DNA of 64,000 nt, from sequence record OQ721909. The stretch is one strand, 5' to 3'. Shown piece after piece: positions 7,970 to 18,593 of the stretch; positions within the stretch are counted from its first letter, which is position 1; each line of letters starts with the position of its first letter. The stretch is from Escherichia phage vB_VIPECOOM01. The notes beneath the pieces are model-generated. The model made no database searches. It had not been told where the DNA came from and saw nothing but the letters and a program-made list of their open reading frames with translations. The position numbers were made by a program, and so were the translations under genes.

Positions 7970-8486
7970 AATTAAACATTTTAACGGTCGGCAAAACAAT
8001 TTCTTCTTCTATATAAGAGTATTTAACACTCTCAACTACACGCAAAAAATCATAATCATAATACTCAGAAGCATTACCTAAAATATTAATAAGTCCTTCA
8101 AGCACTTTATTACCATTCACAAAAAATAAGTCAAATACACGTTCTTCATCTTCTTCAGATTTATTACCAAGATCAACTTCTATGCGAAAGACCTTTTTAA
8201 TGAATTCTGGATAAAGCTGGTCTGAGAACAGTCCTTCAACCAAGTATTCATAAATAAAAAGAGATTGCTCGCTGAACAAACCATTACCGCAATAGCGCTC
8301 AATTTTAGTACTAGAATATCTGCTTTTAAATTTCTTTAAAAGATACTGAAATTGTAAGATTTCATGCTCTTCTACGCCAAACAGTGTTTTAGTTTTATAG
8401 TTGTCACCATCATTTTCCCAGGTAGTGACATCAATTACGTAACCCTGCGGAATTGTAGTACCCAAACAAATATTCATTTTCACCAC
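7962..8486 (-). CDS. Hypothetical protein
   Basis: 174 aa ORF in operon with 8480-8770 and 8773-9171; acidic, no motif recognised. Confidence 0.55.
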   Translation of the reverse strand: MVKMNICLGTTIPQGYVIDVTTWENDGDNYKTKTLFGVEEHEILQFQYLLKKFKSRYSSTKIERYCGNGLFSEQSLFIYEYLVEGLFSDQLYPEFIKKVFRIEVDLGNKSEEDEERVFDLFFVNGNKVLEGLINILGNASEYYDYDFLRVVESVKYSYIEEEIVLPTVKMFNLL

Positions 8487-8770
8487 GCTACATTAATGTA
8501 AGTATATTTAATACATTCAAGACCCAAAGGATTCTTGAAAATATCATATTCAAGAGGACCTTTTTCTGTTTCAATAAAGAAATCAAAATTTACTGTATTA
8601 AATTTACGGTCTTCCTTTACTAATTTAACTTGAGAAGATGAACGGTCAATGTAAACATTTTCAACTTCAAAACATGTTAAAATGCCATAATCATCAATCA
8701 AGGCTTTAGCCGCGTCTTGATCATATTTATATCCATTTTCAATGGATGATACTTTCGCATAAAGAATCAT
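8480..8770 (-). CDS. Hypothetical protein
   Basis: 96 aa, overlapping stops and starts with neighbours. Confidence 0.5.
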   Translation of the reverse strand: MILYAKVSSIENGYKYDQDAAKALIDDYGILTCFEVENVYIDRSSSQVKLVKEDRKFNTVNFDFFIETEKGPLEYDIFKNPLGLECIKYTYINVAW

Positions 8771-8772
8771 TA

Positions 8773-9171
8773 TCAGCCTTCATCAACAATAGTGTGAGTA
8801 TTAGCATTTACAATTTGCCACCAATCAAAGCGATTAGAATCCATCGGTTTGTTTTCATTTTCTTTGATAATGTCACGGAGTTCATCTTCAGAGAATGCTT
8901 TAGCAATTAAATCGGTATACCCACCACGGGGATAATAATTATCACCTGCAAACAAAAGGAAATTTACCTTCCCGGAAGGAACATACGCTTCCTTAGGATA
9001 CTTGTTTCCTGTGTGGTCAACCACTTCAATATAACGGTAAGGAATATCGGTTCTTTCAACCCATTGCCATGCCGCTGCAGGGGAATCGAAAGCATCTACA
9101 CCTAAACGATTATCTTCATCTTTAGACGGATTATTTTCGTAATCCGCATATACATAATATTCAACGTTCAT
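8773..9171 (-). CDS. Hypothetical protein
   Basis: 132 aa, start overlaps upstream stop (ATGA arrangement). Confidence 0.55.
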   Translation of the reverse strand: MNVEYYVYADYENNPSKDEDNRLGVDAFDSPAAAWQWVERTDIPYRYIEVVDHTGNKYPKEAYVPSGKVNFLLFAGDNYYPRGGYTDLIAKAFSEDELRDIIKENENKPMDSNRFDWWQIVNANTHTIVDEG

Positions 9172-9356
9172 TATTCACCTTTAGAAATTTTATCCATAAC
9201 GATAGCAATTAAACCAATTAAAAATGCTACTACAAGTGAAAAAACATTTTCTGCCGTAGTCAATAATCCGCATATAAATCCAACAAACATTGAAAAACTG
9301 AAAGCGGAAGCAGAAATTGCAATAGCAACATTTCGAATTAATTCACAACGTTTCAT
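9171..9356 (-). CDS. Small hydrophobic (membrane) protein; start moved to internal ATG
   Basis: Track ORF 9171-9497 would overlap the previous gene and its promoter; ATG at 9354-9356 has SD gaggagaataaaATG and follows the PeSL; 62 aa, mostly hydrophobic. Confidence 0.5.
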   Translation of the reverse strand: MKRCELIRNVAIAISASAFSFSMFVGFICGLLTTAENVFSLVVAFLIGLIAIVMDKISKGE

Positions 9357-9375
9357 TTTATTCTCCTCAGTAGTT

Positions 9376-9414
9376 GATAGGGTAATAATATCACTACCCC
9401 ATCTAAAAGTAAAC
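9376..9414 (-). promoter_or_regulatory. PeSL-type early promoter with stem-loop
   Basis: Minus GTTTAC (plus 9409-9414) directly after upstream stop, stem gatagggta/taccccatc, -10 TATTAT. Confidence 0.55.
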
Positions 9415-9648
9415 TTATTTTTTACGAAAAATTGATTTATTTTCTGCTGCCCATTTTTCAATAACTGCAGCAGGACCAGTAACAACAATTTTATCACCGT
9501 AATCTTCTGCGGCGAGTTGACCGAAATTATCTAATGCATCACGAAGAACTCCATGAGGCATTTCACCCATTTTATCTTTCTTGCCGGTGTAAATAAACTC
9601 AACTTTTACATCAGAAGATTCAGCGATAAACTCTTTGAAAGTTTTCAT
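9415..9648 (-). CDS. Internal protein I-like small protein with capsid-targeting sequence
   Basis: From second Met: MKTFKEFIAESS (CTS-like, I-A-E cleavage motif); 77 aa; position beside 57B matches T4 ipI. Confidence 0.6.
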   Translation of the reverse strand: MKTFKEFIAESSDVKVEFIYTGKKDKMGEMPHGVLRDALDNFGQLAAEDYGDKIVVTGPAAVIEKWAAENKSIFRKK

Positions 9649-9677
9649 TTTAGTTTCCATTCGATTGTTTTGTTTTG

Positions 9678-9715
9678 ATAGGGTAATAATATCACAACTA
9701 AAACCCTATGTAAAC
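9678..9715 (-). promoter_or_regulatory. PeSL-type early promoter with stem-loop
   Basis: Minus GTTTAC (plus 9710-9715), 17-nt spacer, TATTAT -10; stem atagggt/accctat. Confidence 0.55.
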
Positions 9716-9727
9716 AACTTTGTGAAA

Positions 9728-9985
9728 TTATTTTAAATCTTCTAATCGTTTCTTCATCTTAGAACCATTTTTAGCAATTTCTCCTGCATCGGAGCATAAT
9801 GCTAAAAGTGCTTTAACTTTCGTTTGGTCTCCTTTAAAAGATGAAGGATCTACTGCAGCAGCAAGTTCTTTAATACGAGAGAAAAGACGCTCAGCTTCAG
9901 CTAAAGCCATTCCAAGCTTTACTTCCATACCGTGGGAAGATTCAGTGATAGTAGTTTTTGTAGCAAACTCTTTGAAAGTTTTCAT
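9728..9985 (-). CDS. Internal-protein-like small protein with capsid-targeting sequence (paralog of 9415-9648)
   Basis: N-terminus MKTFKEFATKTTITES (CTS-like, I-T-E motif); 85 aa; SD aggaaaataaaATG. Confidence 0.6.
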   Translation of the reverse strand: MKTFKEFATKTTITESSHGMEVKLGMALAEAERLFSRIKELAAAVDPSSFKGDQTKVKALLALCSDAGEIAKNGSKMKKRLEDLK

Positions 9986-10005
9986 TTTATTTTCCTAATT
10001 AATTT

Positions 10006-10045
10006 TGATGAGGTAATAGTATCACTACCTCATCAGCATGTAAAC
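10006..10045 (-). promoter_or_regulatory. PeSL-type early promoter with stem-loop
   Basis: Minus GTTTAC (plus 10040-10045), stem tgatgaggta/tacctcatca 10006-10035, -10 TACTAT. Confidence 0.5.
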
Positions 10046-10057
10046 AACTCTGTGAAA

Positions 10058-10742
<685 letters not shown>

Positions 10743-10743
<1 letters not shown>

Positions 10744-11468
10744 TATAGTACCTTTAGTGTATTTTTAATTTTAGAAAAAAGTTCTTCAAGAGAACCATCG
10801 TTTGTAATTACTAAATCGCCATTACGAATTGGCAATCCAGCTTCTGTAATATGTGTATCATTGGATTTTTGACCAGGACGAACTACATGAATTACTGTAG
10901 CACCCATCGCCCTAGCCGCATCCATTTCATGATCTTGACGAGTATCAGGAACGATATAATAATCATAACCTGAGTTAAATTTATCAAGATAATCTAAAGC
11001 AAATAATTTTACCCAATACATGCGGTCGAAGTTATTAACAATCAAATCCGTACCTAGGGCTTGCATCAGACGACGGACTGACCATTGATCTTCAATATTA
11101 TTTATAACGTCAATAATCTTGTTACATGCTACGGAATCAACTGATTCTTGTCCTTCGTCCTCAAAAACACACACACCTTTAATTGGGCTTTTACTATTAA
11201 GATAGCAAAATGCTTGTTCCATAATCGTGATTACTTCTGATTTAGTCAGATTTAAATTAGTCTCACGATCATAGTCAATTCCTTCAAACTCTTTACGAGT
11301 TAAGCAAGGATAGTCAGTGTTTGCTGCGAATACGCCCCATGCATAAGCCAATGCATCCTTAATAGGACCAGCAAGTTGATATTTAACTGCAGAATAATTA
11401 TTCATGATAAAATCTGCAGTAGTATCTTTTCCACTACGCTTTACACCGCTTAAAAAGATTAGTTTCAT
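10743..11468 (-). CDS. 1: Deoxynucleoside monophosphate kinase
   Basis: 241 aa, P-loop GVKRSGKDT near N-terminus, size and position as T4 gp1. Confidence 0.85.
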
Positions 11469-11517
11469 ATGTTTCTCCTCAAATTTAGTTAAGATTATAA
11501 CACATGAAACTGAAGCA

Positions 11518-12048
11518 TTAAACTTCTGCTATAATTTTGCCATCTTTTTCTACTTGAAAATACGTATAAGGAATCGTTGCTGTGCATACTAAGGCTGGGT
11601 CTGAATCTTCTGTGTAGCTAAATTCTACTTCAGACAGGTCAGAAACCCAAGGCTTATAAAAATTTATTGACATCACGATTTCAGTTTTACTATTATCTAA
11701 AATGTAAAGCGTAATGTATTCAGGACCTGTTTTTTGGGCAGTATTTTCGCCTGTAAGATAGTTACTAGTTCCTAGCATCCATTCATACATTCCTATCCAC
11801 GACTTAAGCTCTTCATCAACTATAAATCTCACGATGAGTGGGTCGTACTCAAATGTAACTCCTGGACGCTGTGCTCGGCCTAGTCCAAATGGCCCAGTCA
11901 CGGTATCAGTAACAGGTATCCTAATTCCTGGAATAGGAACTGACTGAGCATTTAAAGTAAAAGCAGATGTAGTATTACTATGCGGTATTGATACTACAAA
12001 GTTAGTTGTATTTGCTTGGTTAAAAATTTGTTGCAGTGCTTGCGACAT
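11518..12048 (-). CDS. 3: Tail completion and sheath stabiliser protein gp3
   Basis: Track ORF 11518-12129; start moved to internal ATG at 12046-12048 (MSQALQQIF) giving 176 aa, the T4 gp3 size. Confidence 0.7.
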   Translation of the reverse strand: MSQALQQIFNQANTTNFVVSIPHSNTTSAFTLNAQSVPIPGIRIPVTDTVTGPFGLGRAQRPGVTFEYDPLIVRFIVDEELKSWIGMYEWMLGTSNYLTGENTAQKTGPEYITLYILDNSKTEIVMSINFYKPWVSDLSEVEFSYTEDSDPALVCTATIPYTYFQVEKDGKIIAEV

Positions 12049-12154
12049 ATATTCCTCATAATGCTTTATAAATGTTGGTGGTATAATGAGTCTAAGTCCC
12101 TTCCATTCAATTCCAATTAGAACAAACAATAGAAAAGAATGGAAGATAATAGAA

Positions 12155-12979
12155 TTAGATATTTGACCAGACTTTGTTTGCAGAGAAACGTTTTCCTTTT
12201 GAAACGAACTGCTGAAGTGGCATTAACACAACGTTCGCCCAATCTTTCGGGGCGATTTCAACAAGGCTACCCATAATATTACCAGGTATATATGCCTTAA
12301 TCATTTGGTCTGCACCCCTAAATCCTTTCACTTGACTCCAATCAATTTTTAATTTCGTTTTATTAGTAATAGTAGGTGTATTTGAATATTGCTTTAAAAG
12401 CTCTTCTAGAAACTGTTGACGAGCTTTAGGTGGAATATAGTGCAAGTTCAATCCGTACATTAAATTATGTTTACCTAAACCAAGGTAAATTATCAAAGGA
12501 AATTTATCCCAATAAGGAAGAGTTTCTTTGTGTTTAGCATCGTAAGCAAAAGCATATATTCGTCCCGGCTGCGGGCGAACAACTTTATGTCCTTTTACCT
12601 GTTTAATAGTTTCAGCAAACCACTTTCTGGTTTTATTATTAATTGCTGCGCCTTCATTACGAATTTTATCACGCAATGTTTGTCTGAATGAATTTATCAT
12701 AAGCAGTTGTCTTTCTTGCTTATTGAGCTTATTCATTGGTTTTGATTCAAGCTTTTGAATCTTTTCAGCCGTTTTAATTCCTGAAGCATATTTTGACATT
12801 GCCGAAGTAAACGTAGAATATTTAATTCCTCTTTCTTCAGCAAATTGCTTTCCTGTCATTCCTTTTGCTTTGGCCTTTCTGTATTCAAGACCTATCTGAA
12901 TCCATTTCTTTTCGTTTAATGATTGCTTAACCTTTGGAACTTGGGGAGTGCTTTCATTAATTATTTGAAAAATAGCCAT
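12155..12979 (-). CDS. 2: DNA end protector protein gp2
   Basis: 274 aa, same length and position as T4 gp2. Confidence 0.8.
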   Translation of the reverse strand: MAIFQIINESTPQVPKVKQSLNEKKWIQIGLEYRKAKAKGMTGKQFAEERGIKYSTFTSAMSKYASGIKTAEKIQKLESKPMNKLNKQERQLLMINSFRQTLRDKIRNEGAAINNKTRKWFAETIKQVKGHKVVRPQPGRIYAFAYDAKHKETLPYWDKFPLIIYLGLGKHNLMYGLNLHYIPPKARQQFLEELLKQYSNTPTITNKTKLKIDWSQVKGFRGADQMIKAYIPGNIMGSLVEIAPKDWANVVLMPLQQFVSKGKRFSANKVWSNI

Positions 12980-13431
12980 TATGCCCCCTTAAAGCCAAGA
13001 GCTCGTAATCCATCTTCTGTTAAAATTCTAAATTTTATTCCACGCTTTTCAGCTAAAGCTTGCGCTGCTTTCCATTTGTCAGTATTAACGGAATATGTAT
13101 AAATTTCATTCATAAATCTTTTCTTCGCTGCGGTTGTTAGATGTGCTGGTTTAACTGGTGGTTGTGTTTCTTTTTTAGGTTTTATTTCAATAAAAAATTC
13201 TTGTCCAGAAGAATCTTTCATCCAAATATCCATGAAGTATCTACGTTTTTTCCCTTCTGCATTACAAAAATAAGGAATTACTGCTGTTTCACTACCCCAT
13301 GCAATAATTTCTGGATTTTTATCTAACCATTCAAAAAAGAATTTTTCCCAATTTGATCTATACGTAATTTTTTTAGGGTCACCTCTATATTTTGATATAT
13401 TTTTAGGAACCCATTTTCCAGAATATGCCAT
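12979..13431 (-). CDS. 4: Head completion protein gp4
   Basis: 150 aa, same length and position as T4 gp4. Confidence 0.8.
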   Translation of the reverse strand: MAYSGKWVPKNISKYRGDPKKITYRSNWEKFFFEWLDKNPEIIAWGSETAVIPYFCNAEGKKRRYFMDIWMKDSSGQEFFIEIKPKKETQPPVKPAHLTTAAKKRFMNEIYTYSVNTDKWKAAQALAEKRGIKFRILTEDGLRALGFKGA

Positions 13432-13442
13432 TGGATTCTCCT

Positions 13443-13465
13443 TATAAATAGATAATATATTTATA
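13443..13465. promoter_or_regulatory. Divergent late promoters for gene 53 (plus) and gene 4 (minus)
   Basis: tataaata at 13443-13450 (plus) and tatttata at 13458-13465 (TATAAATA on minus). Confidence 0.6.
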
Positions 13466-13478
13466 AACAGGAGGGCCC

Positions 13479-14069
13479 ATGCTCTTTACATTTTTTGATC
13501 CGATTGAATATGCGGCCAAAACGGTGAATAAAAACGCGCCGACTATTCCTATGACAGATATTTTTAGAAACTATAAAGACTATTTCAAACGCGCTCTTGC
13601 GGGATACCGTTTACGCACTTATTATATTAAAGGTTCACCACGCCCGGAAGAATTAGCAAATGCTATATATGGAAATCCACAGTTGTATTGGGTTTTATTG
13701 ATGTGTAATGATAATTATGATCCGTATTATGGATGGATTACTTCGCAAGAAGCTGCTTATCAAGCATCTATACAAAAATACAAAAATGTAGGTGGAGACC
13801 AAATAGTATATCATGTGAATGAGAATGGTGAAAAATTTTATAATTTAATATCATACGATGATAATCCATATATTTGGTATGACAAAGGCGATAAAGCTAG
13901 AAAATATCCTCAATATGAAGGAGCACTTGCTGCAGTCGATACGTATGAAGCTGCTGTTCTTGAAAATGAAAAACTTCGTCAAATAAAAATAATAGCAAAA
14001 TCAGACATCAATTCATTTATGAACGACCTTATACGTATAATGGAGAAATCTTATGGAAATGATAAGTAA
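13479..14069 (+). CDS. 53: Baseplate wedge protein gp53
   Basis: 196 aa, size and position as T4 gp53. Confidence 0.8.
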   Translation: MLFTFFDPIEYAAKTVNKNAPTIPMTDIFRNYKDYFKRALAGYRLRTYYIKGSPRPEELANAIYGNPQLYWVLLMCNDNYDPYYGWITSQEAAYQASIQKYKNVGGDQIVYHVNENGEKFYNLISYDDNPYIWYDKGDKARKYPQYEGALAAVDTYEAAVLENEKLRQIKIIAKSDINSFMNDLIRIMEKSYGNDK

Positions 14070-15780
14070 TAACCTTAATTGGTTTGTTGGTGTTGTTGAA
14101 GATAGAATGGACCCATTAAAATTAGGTCGTGTTCGTGTTCGTGTAGTTGGTCTGCATCCACCTCAAAGAGCGCAAGGCGATGTAATGGGTATTCCAACTG
14201 ATAAATTACCATGGATGTCAGTTATTCAACCTATAACTTCTGCAGCAATGTCTGGAATTGGAGGCTCCGTTACTGGTCCGGTAGAAGGAACTAGAGTTTA
14301 TGGTCATTTTTTAGACAAATGGAAAACTAACGGAATTGTCCTTGGCACGTATGGTGGGATAGTTCGCGAAAAACCTAATAGACTTGAAGGATTTTCTGAC
14401 CCAACTGGACAGTATCCTAGACGTCTAGGAAATGATACTAACGTATTAAACCAAGGCGGAGAAGTAGGATATGATTCGTCTTCTAATATTATCCAAGATA
14501 GTAATCTAGACACTGCGATAAATCCTGATGATAGACCACTATCAGAAATTCCAACTGATGATAATCCAAATATGTCAATGGCTGAAATGCTTCGCCGTGA
14601 TGAAGGATTAAGACTAAAAGTTTATTGGGATACAGAAGGATATCCGACAATTGGTATTGGTCATCTTATCATGAAGCAGCCAGTTCGTGATATGACCCAA
14701 ATTAATAAAGTTTTATCAAAACAAGTTGGTCGTGAAATTACCGGAAATCCAGGTTCTATTACAATGGAAGAAGCGGTAACTTTATTTGAACGTGATTTAG
14801 CTGATATGCAACGTGATATTAAATCACATTCTAAAGTTGGCCCAGTTTGGAAAGCAGTTAATCGTTCTCGTCAAATGGCATTAGAAAATATGGCATTCCA
14901 AATGGGCGTTGGCGGCGTAGCTAAATTTAACACAATGTTAACTGCTATGTTAGCCGGAGATTGGGAAAAAGCATATAAAGCTGGTCGTGATTCATTGTGG
15001 TATCAACAAACAAAAGGCCGTGCATCCCGTGTTACCATGATTATTCTTACAGGGAATTTGGAATCATACGGTATTGAAGTGAAAACACCAGCTAGGTCTT
15101 TGTCTGCAATGGCTGCTACTGTAGCAAAGTCTTCTGACCCGGCTGACCCTCCTATTCCGAATGATTCAAGAATTTTATTCAAAGAACCTGTTTCTTCATA
15201 TAAAGGTGAATATCCGTATGTTCACACAATGGAAACTGAAAGCGGTCATATTCAGGAATTTGATGATACCCCTGGGCAAGAACGATACAGATTAGTTCAT
15301 CCGACTGGAACATATGAGGAAGTATCACCATCAGGAAGAAGAACAAGAAAAACTGTTGATAATTTGTATGATATAACAAATGCTGATGGTAATTTTTTGG
15401 TAGCCGGCGATAAAAAGACTAACGTCGGTGGATCAGAAATTTATTACAACATGGATAATCGTCTTCACCAAATAGATGGAAGCAACACAATATTTGTGCG
15501 CGGCGATGAAACTAAGACAGTTGAAGGTAATGGAACTATCCTAGTAAAAGGTAATGTTACTATTGTAGTTGAAGGTAATGCTGACATTACAGTTAAAGGG
15601 GATGCTACTACTTTAGTTGAAGGAAATCAAACTAATACAGTAAATGGAAATCTTTCTTGGAAAGTTGCTGGGACAGTTGATTGGGACGTTGGTGGTGATT
15701 GGACAGAAAAAATGGCATCTATGAGTTCTATTTCATCTGGTCAATACACAATTGATGGATCGAGGATTGACATTGGCTAA
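14053..15780 (+). CDS. 5: Baseplate central spike gp5 with lysozyme domain and C-terminal beta-helix
   Basis: 575 aa; internal lysozyme-like block YWDTEGYPTIGIGHLI (paralog of gene e); VxGxxxxx repeats at C-terminus. Confidence 0.9.
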   Translation: MEMISNNLNWFVGVVEDRMDPLKLGRVRVRVVGLHPPQRAQGDVMGIPTDKLPWMSVIQPITSAAMSGIGGSVTGPVEGTRVYGHFLDKWKTNGIVLGTYGGIVREKPNRLEGFSDPTGQYPRRLGNDTNVLNQGGEVGYDSSSNIIQDSNLDTAINPDDRPLSEIPTDDNPNMSMAEMLRRDEGLRLKVYWDTEGYPTIGIGHLIMKQPVRDMTQINKVLSKQVGREITGNPGSITMEEAVTLFERDLADMQRDIKSHSKVGPVWKAVNRSRQMALENMAFQMGVGGVAKFNTMLTAMLAGDWEKAYKAGRDSLWYQQTKGRASRVTMIILTGNLESYGIEVKTPARSLSAMAATVAKSSDPADPPIPNDSRILFKEPVSSYKGEYPYVHTMETESGHIQEFDDTPGQERYRLVHPTGTYEEVSPSGRRTRKTVDNLYDITNADGNFLVAGDKKTNVGGSEIYYNMDNRLHQIDGSNTIFVRGDETKTVEGNGTILVKGNVTIVVEGNADITVKGDATTLVEGNQTNTVNGNLSWKVAGTVDWDVGGDWTEKMASMSSISSGQYTIDGSRIDIG

Positions 15781-15814
15781 TATACTTCCAATGAGCGCTG
15801 ATTTAGGAGAATCC

Positions 15815-16309
15815 ATGGAAGGTTCTTCTATCGACGTCACCTTTACCGCTCAATTAGAAACAGGTGAAACGTTAGTATCTATAAATATAACTAGTTACGA
15901 AGAAACTCCTGGGGTTTTAGTAGAAGAAAATCGTTTATATGGAACGTATGAATCTGTGTTTGGATTTGGAAATGACGCATTGAAATATCGTTTAGATGAT
16001 GAATTTAAAACTGCTGCTTCGTGGGAAGACCTTCCAACTGATTCTAATACTCAGTTATATCTATGGAAAGCTCCTCAAAACCTCCAGAAGACATTCACTT
16101 ACGAAGTAACATTAATATATGACTATCAAGAACAAAGTGAATCTGGAGGTTCTGGTAGTAATTCTAGGTCAACATCTGATACTACTGAACCAACGGATCC
16201 TCCTGCTCCAATAAGAAAAACTCTTGTTAAAAATTACACAAAAACTATAGTTGGAAATTGGAGTCGTTGGGCTAATAAATTAAGAAGCTACGTATATGAG
16301 AGGCAATAA
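15815..16309 (+). CDS. Hypothetical protein (gene 5.1 position); start chosen at ATG with SD
   Basis: Track ORF 15752-16309 overlaps gp5; ATG at 15815 preceded by aggaga. Confidence 0.5.
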   Translation: MEGSSIDVTFTAQLETGETLVSINITSYEETPGVLVEENRLYGTYESVFGFGNDALKYRLDDEFKTAASWEDLPTDSNTQLYLWKAPQNLQKTFTYEVTLIYDYQEQSESGGSGSNSRSTSDTTEPTDPPAPIRKTLVKNYTKTIVGNWSRWANKLRSYVYERQ

Positions 16310-16602
16310 TGTCAGGATTAAGTTATGATAAGTGTGTTACTGCTGGTCATGAAGCGTGGCCTCCAACAGTTGTGAATGCTACACAAAGTAAAGTATTCAC
16401 TGGAGGAATTGCTGTTCTCGTGGCAGGTGATCCAATTACAGAACATACAGAAATTAAAAAGCCATATGAAACACATGGCGGAGTGGCACAACCTAGAACT
16501 TCTAAGGTATATGTCACTGGAAAGAAAGCTGTTCAAATGGCTGATCCAGTATCATGTGGTGATACTGTGGCTCAGGCATCATCTAAAGTATTCATTAAAT
16601 AG
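16309..16602 (+). CDS. 5.4: PAAR-repeat spike tip protein gp5.4
   Basis: 97 aa, cysteine/histidine content and position after gene 5. Confidence 0.75.
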   Translation: MSGLSYDKCVTAGHEAWPPTVVNATQSKVFTGGIAVLVAGDPITEHTEIKKPYETHGGVAQPRTSKVYVTGKKAVQMADPVSCGDTVAQASSKVFIK

Positions 16603-16610
16603 GATTTAAA

Positions 16611-18593
16611 ATGGCAAAGACCCCTGTAAATTATCAATTAACAAGAACAGCAAATGCTATTCCCGAGATATTCGTCGGGGGTACATTTGCTGAAATAAAA
16701 CAAAACCTCATTGAATGGCTTAATGGCCAAAATGAATTTTTGGATTATGATTTTGAAGGCTCAAGATTAAACGTTCTGTGTGACCTTTTGGCTTATAATA
16801 CATTGTACATTCAGCAGTTTGGTAATGCTGCCTTGTATGAAAGCTTTATGCGTACTGCTAACTTACGTAGTTCAGTAGTTCAAGCGGCACAAGATAATGG
16901 ATATTTACCTACTTCAAAATCAGCTGCTCAAACTGAAATTATGCTAACTTGCACAGACGCATTGAATAGAAATTACATTACTATTCCTCGCGGTACTCGC
17001 TTTTTAGCATATGCAAAAGATACTTCCGTTAATCCTTATAACTTTGTATCTACCGAAGATGTTATTGCTATTCGCGATAAAAATAACCAATATTTTCCGC
17101 GTTTAAAATTAGCCCAGGGACGTATAGTAAGAACTGAAATCATTTATGATAAATTAACACCTATTATCATTTATGACAAAAATATAGATAGAAACCAAGT
17201 TAAACTATACGTTGATGGAGCAGAATGGATTAACTGGACAAGAAAGTCAATGGTTCATGCTGGTTCTACATCAACAATTTACTACATGCGTGAAACTATT
17301 GATGGAAATACTGAATTTTATTTTGGTGAAGGTGAGATTTCCGTTAATGCGGCAGAAGGAGCATTGACCGCTAATTATATTGGAGGTCTTAAACCTACCC
17401 AGAACTCTACGATTGTTATTGAGTACATCAGTACTAACGGTGCAGATGCGAACGGCGCAGTCGGATTTTCATATGCAGATACATTAACAAATATAACTGT
17501 CATCAATATTAATGAAAATCCAAACGACGACCCAGATTTTGTTGGAGCAGACGGCGGCGGTGACCCAGAAGATATTGAGCGTATTCGCGAATTGGGTACT
17601 ATTAAACGCGAAACCCAACAACGCTGCGTAACTGCGACTGATTATGATACATTCGTTTCAGAGAGATTTGGTTCTATTATTCAAGCAGTTCAAACTTTCA
17701 CCGATTCTACAAAACCCGGTTATGCATTTATTGCTGCTAAACCTAAATCAGGTCTGTATTTAACTACTGTACAGCGTGAAGATATTAAAAATTATCTCAA
17801 AGACTATAATTTAGCTCCTATTACACCATCAATTATTTCTCCTAATTACCTTTTTATTAAGACTAATTTAAAAGTCACATATGCTTTAAATAAGCTACAA
17901 GAATCCGAACAGTGGCTCGAAGGTCAAATAATTGATAAAATTGATCGTTATTATACCGAAGATGTAGAAATTTTTAACTCATCTTTCGCTAAATCTAAGA
18001 TGTTGACATATGTAGATGATGCAGATCATTCTATCATTGGCTCATCAGCGACAATTCAAATTGTTCGTGAAGTACAAAACTTCTATAAAACGCCTGAAGC
18101 AGGTATTAAATACAATAATCAAATAAAAGACCGTTCTATGGAATCTAATACGTTTTCATTTAATTCTGGACGAAAGGTTGTAAATCCTGATACTGGTTTA
18201 GAAGAAGATGTATTATATGACGTTCGCATAGTATCAACAGACCGAAATTCTAAAGGAATTGGTAAAGTTATTATTGGTCCATTTGCTTCTGGCGATGTTA
18301 CAGAAAATAAAAACATTCGTCCATATACAGGCAACGATTTTAATAAATTAGCAAATTCTAGTGGACGCGACAAATACTATGTTATCGGTGAAATAAATTA
18401 TCCAGCTGATATGATTTATTGGAATATCGCTAAAATTAATTTAACATCCGATAAATTTGAGGTTCAGACTATTGAACTATATTCTGATCCAATAGACGAT
18501 GTTATTTTCACACGTGATGGTTCACTAATTGTATTTGAAAATGATTTACGCCCGCAATACTTAACTATCGATTTGGAGCCTATATCACAATGA
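16611..18593 (+). CDS. 6: Baseplate wedge protein gp6
   Basis: 660 aa, T4 gp6 size and order. Confidence 0.85.
   Translation: MAKTPVNYQLTRTANAIPEIFVGGTFAEIKQNLIEWLNGQNEFLDYDFEGSRLNVLCDLLAYNTLYIQQFGNAALYESFMRTANLRSSVVQAAQDNGYLPTSKSAAQTEIMLTCTDALNRNYITIPRGTRFLAYAKDTSVNPYNFVSTEDVIAIRDKNNQYFPRLKLAQGRIVRTEIIYDKLTPIIIYDKNIDRNQVKLYVDGAEWINWTRKSMVHAGSTSTIYYMRETIDGNTEFYFGEGEISVNAAEGALTANYIGGLKPTQNSTIVIEYISTNGADANGAVGFSYADTLTNITVININENPNDDPDFVGADGGGDPEDIERIRELGTIKRETQQRCVTATDYDTFVSERFGSIIQAVQTFTDSTKPGYAFIAAKPKSGLYLTTVQREDIKNYLKDYNLAPITPSIISPNYLFIKTNLKVTYALNKLQESEQWLEGQIIDKIDRYYTEDVEIFNSSFAKSKMLTYVDDADHSIIGSSATIQIVREVQNFYKTPEAGIKYNNQIKDRSMESNTFSFNSGRKVVNPDTGLEEDVLYDVRIVSTDRNSKGIGKVIIGPFASGDVTENKNIRPYTGNDFNKLANSSGRDKYYVIGEINYPADMIYWNIAKINLTSDKFEVQTIELYSDPIDDVIFTRDGSLIVFENDLRPQYLTIDLEPISQ

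Noticed and set aside
9171-9497. Long version of the small membrane ORF
   Set aside because: It would overlap the preceding gene's 3' end and the promoter element; the internal ATG at 9356 with a strong SD is the more plausible start
15752-15814. Upstream extension of the gene 5.1-position ORF overlapping gene 5
   Set aside because: No RBS; the ATG at 15815 is preceded by aggaga
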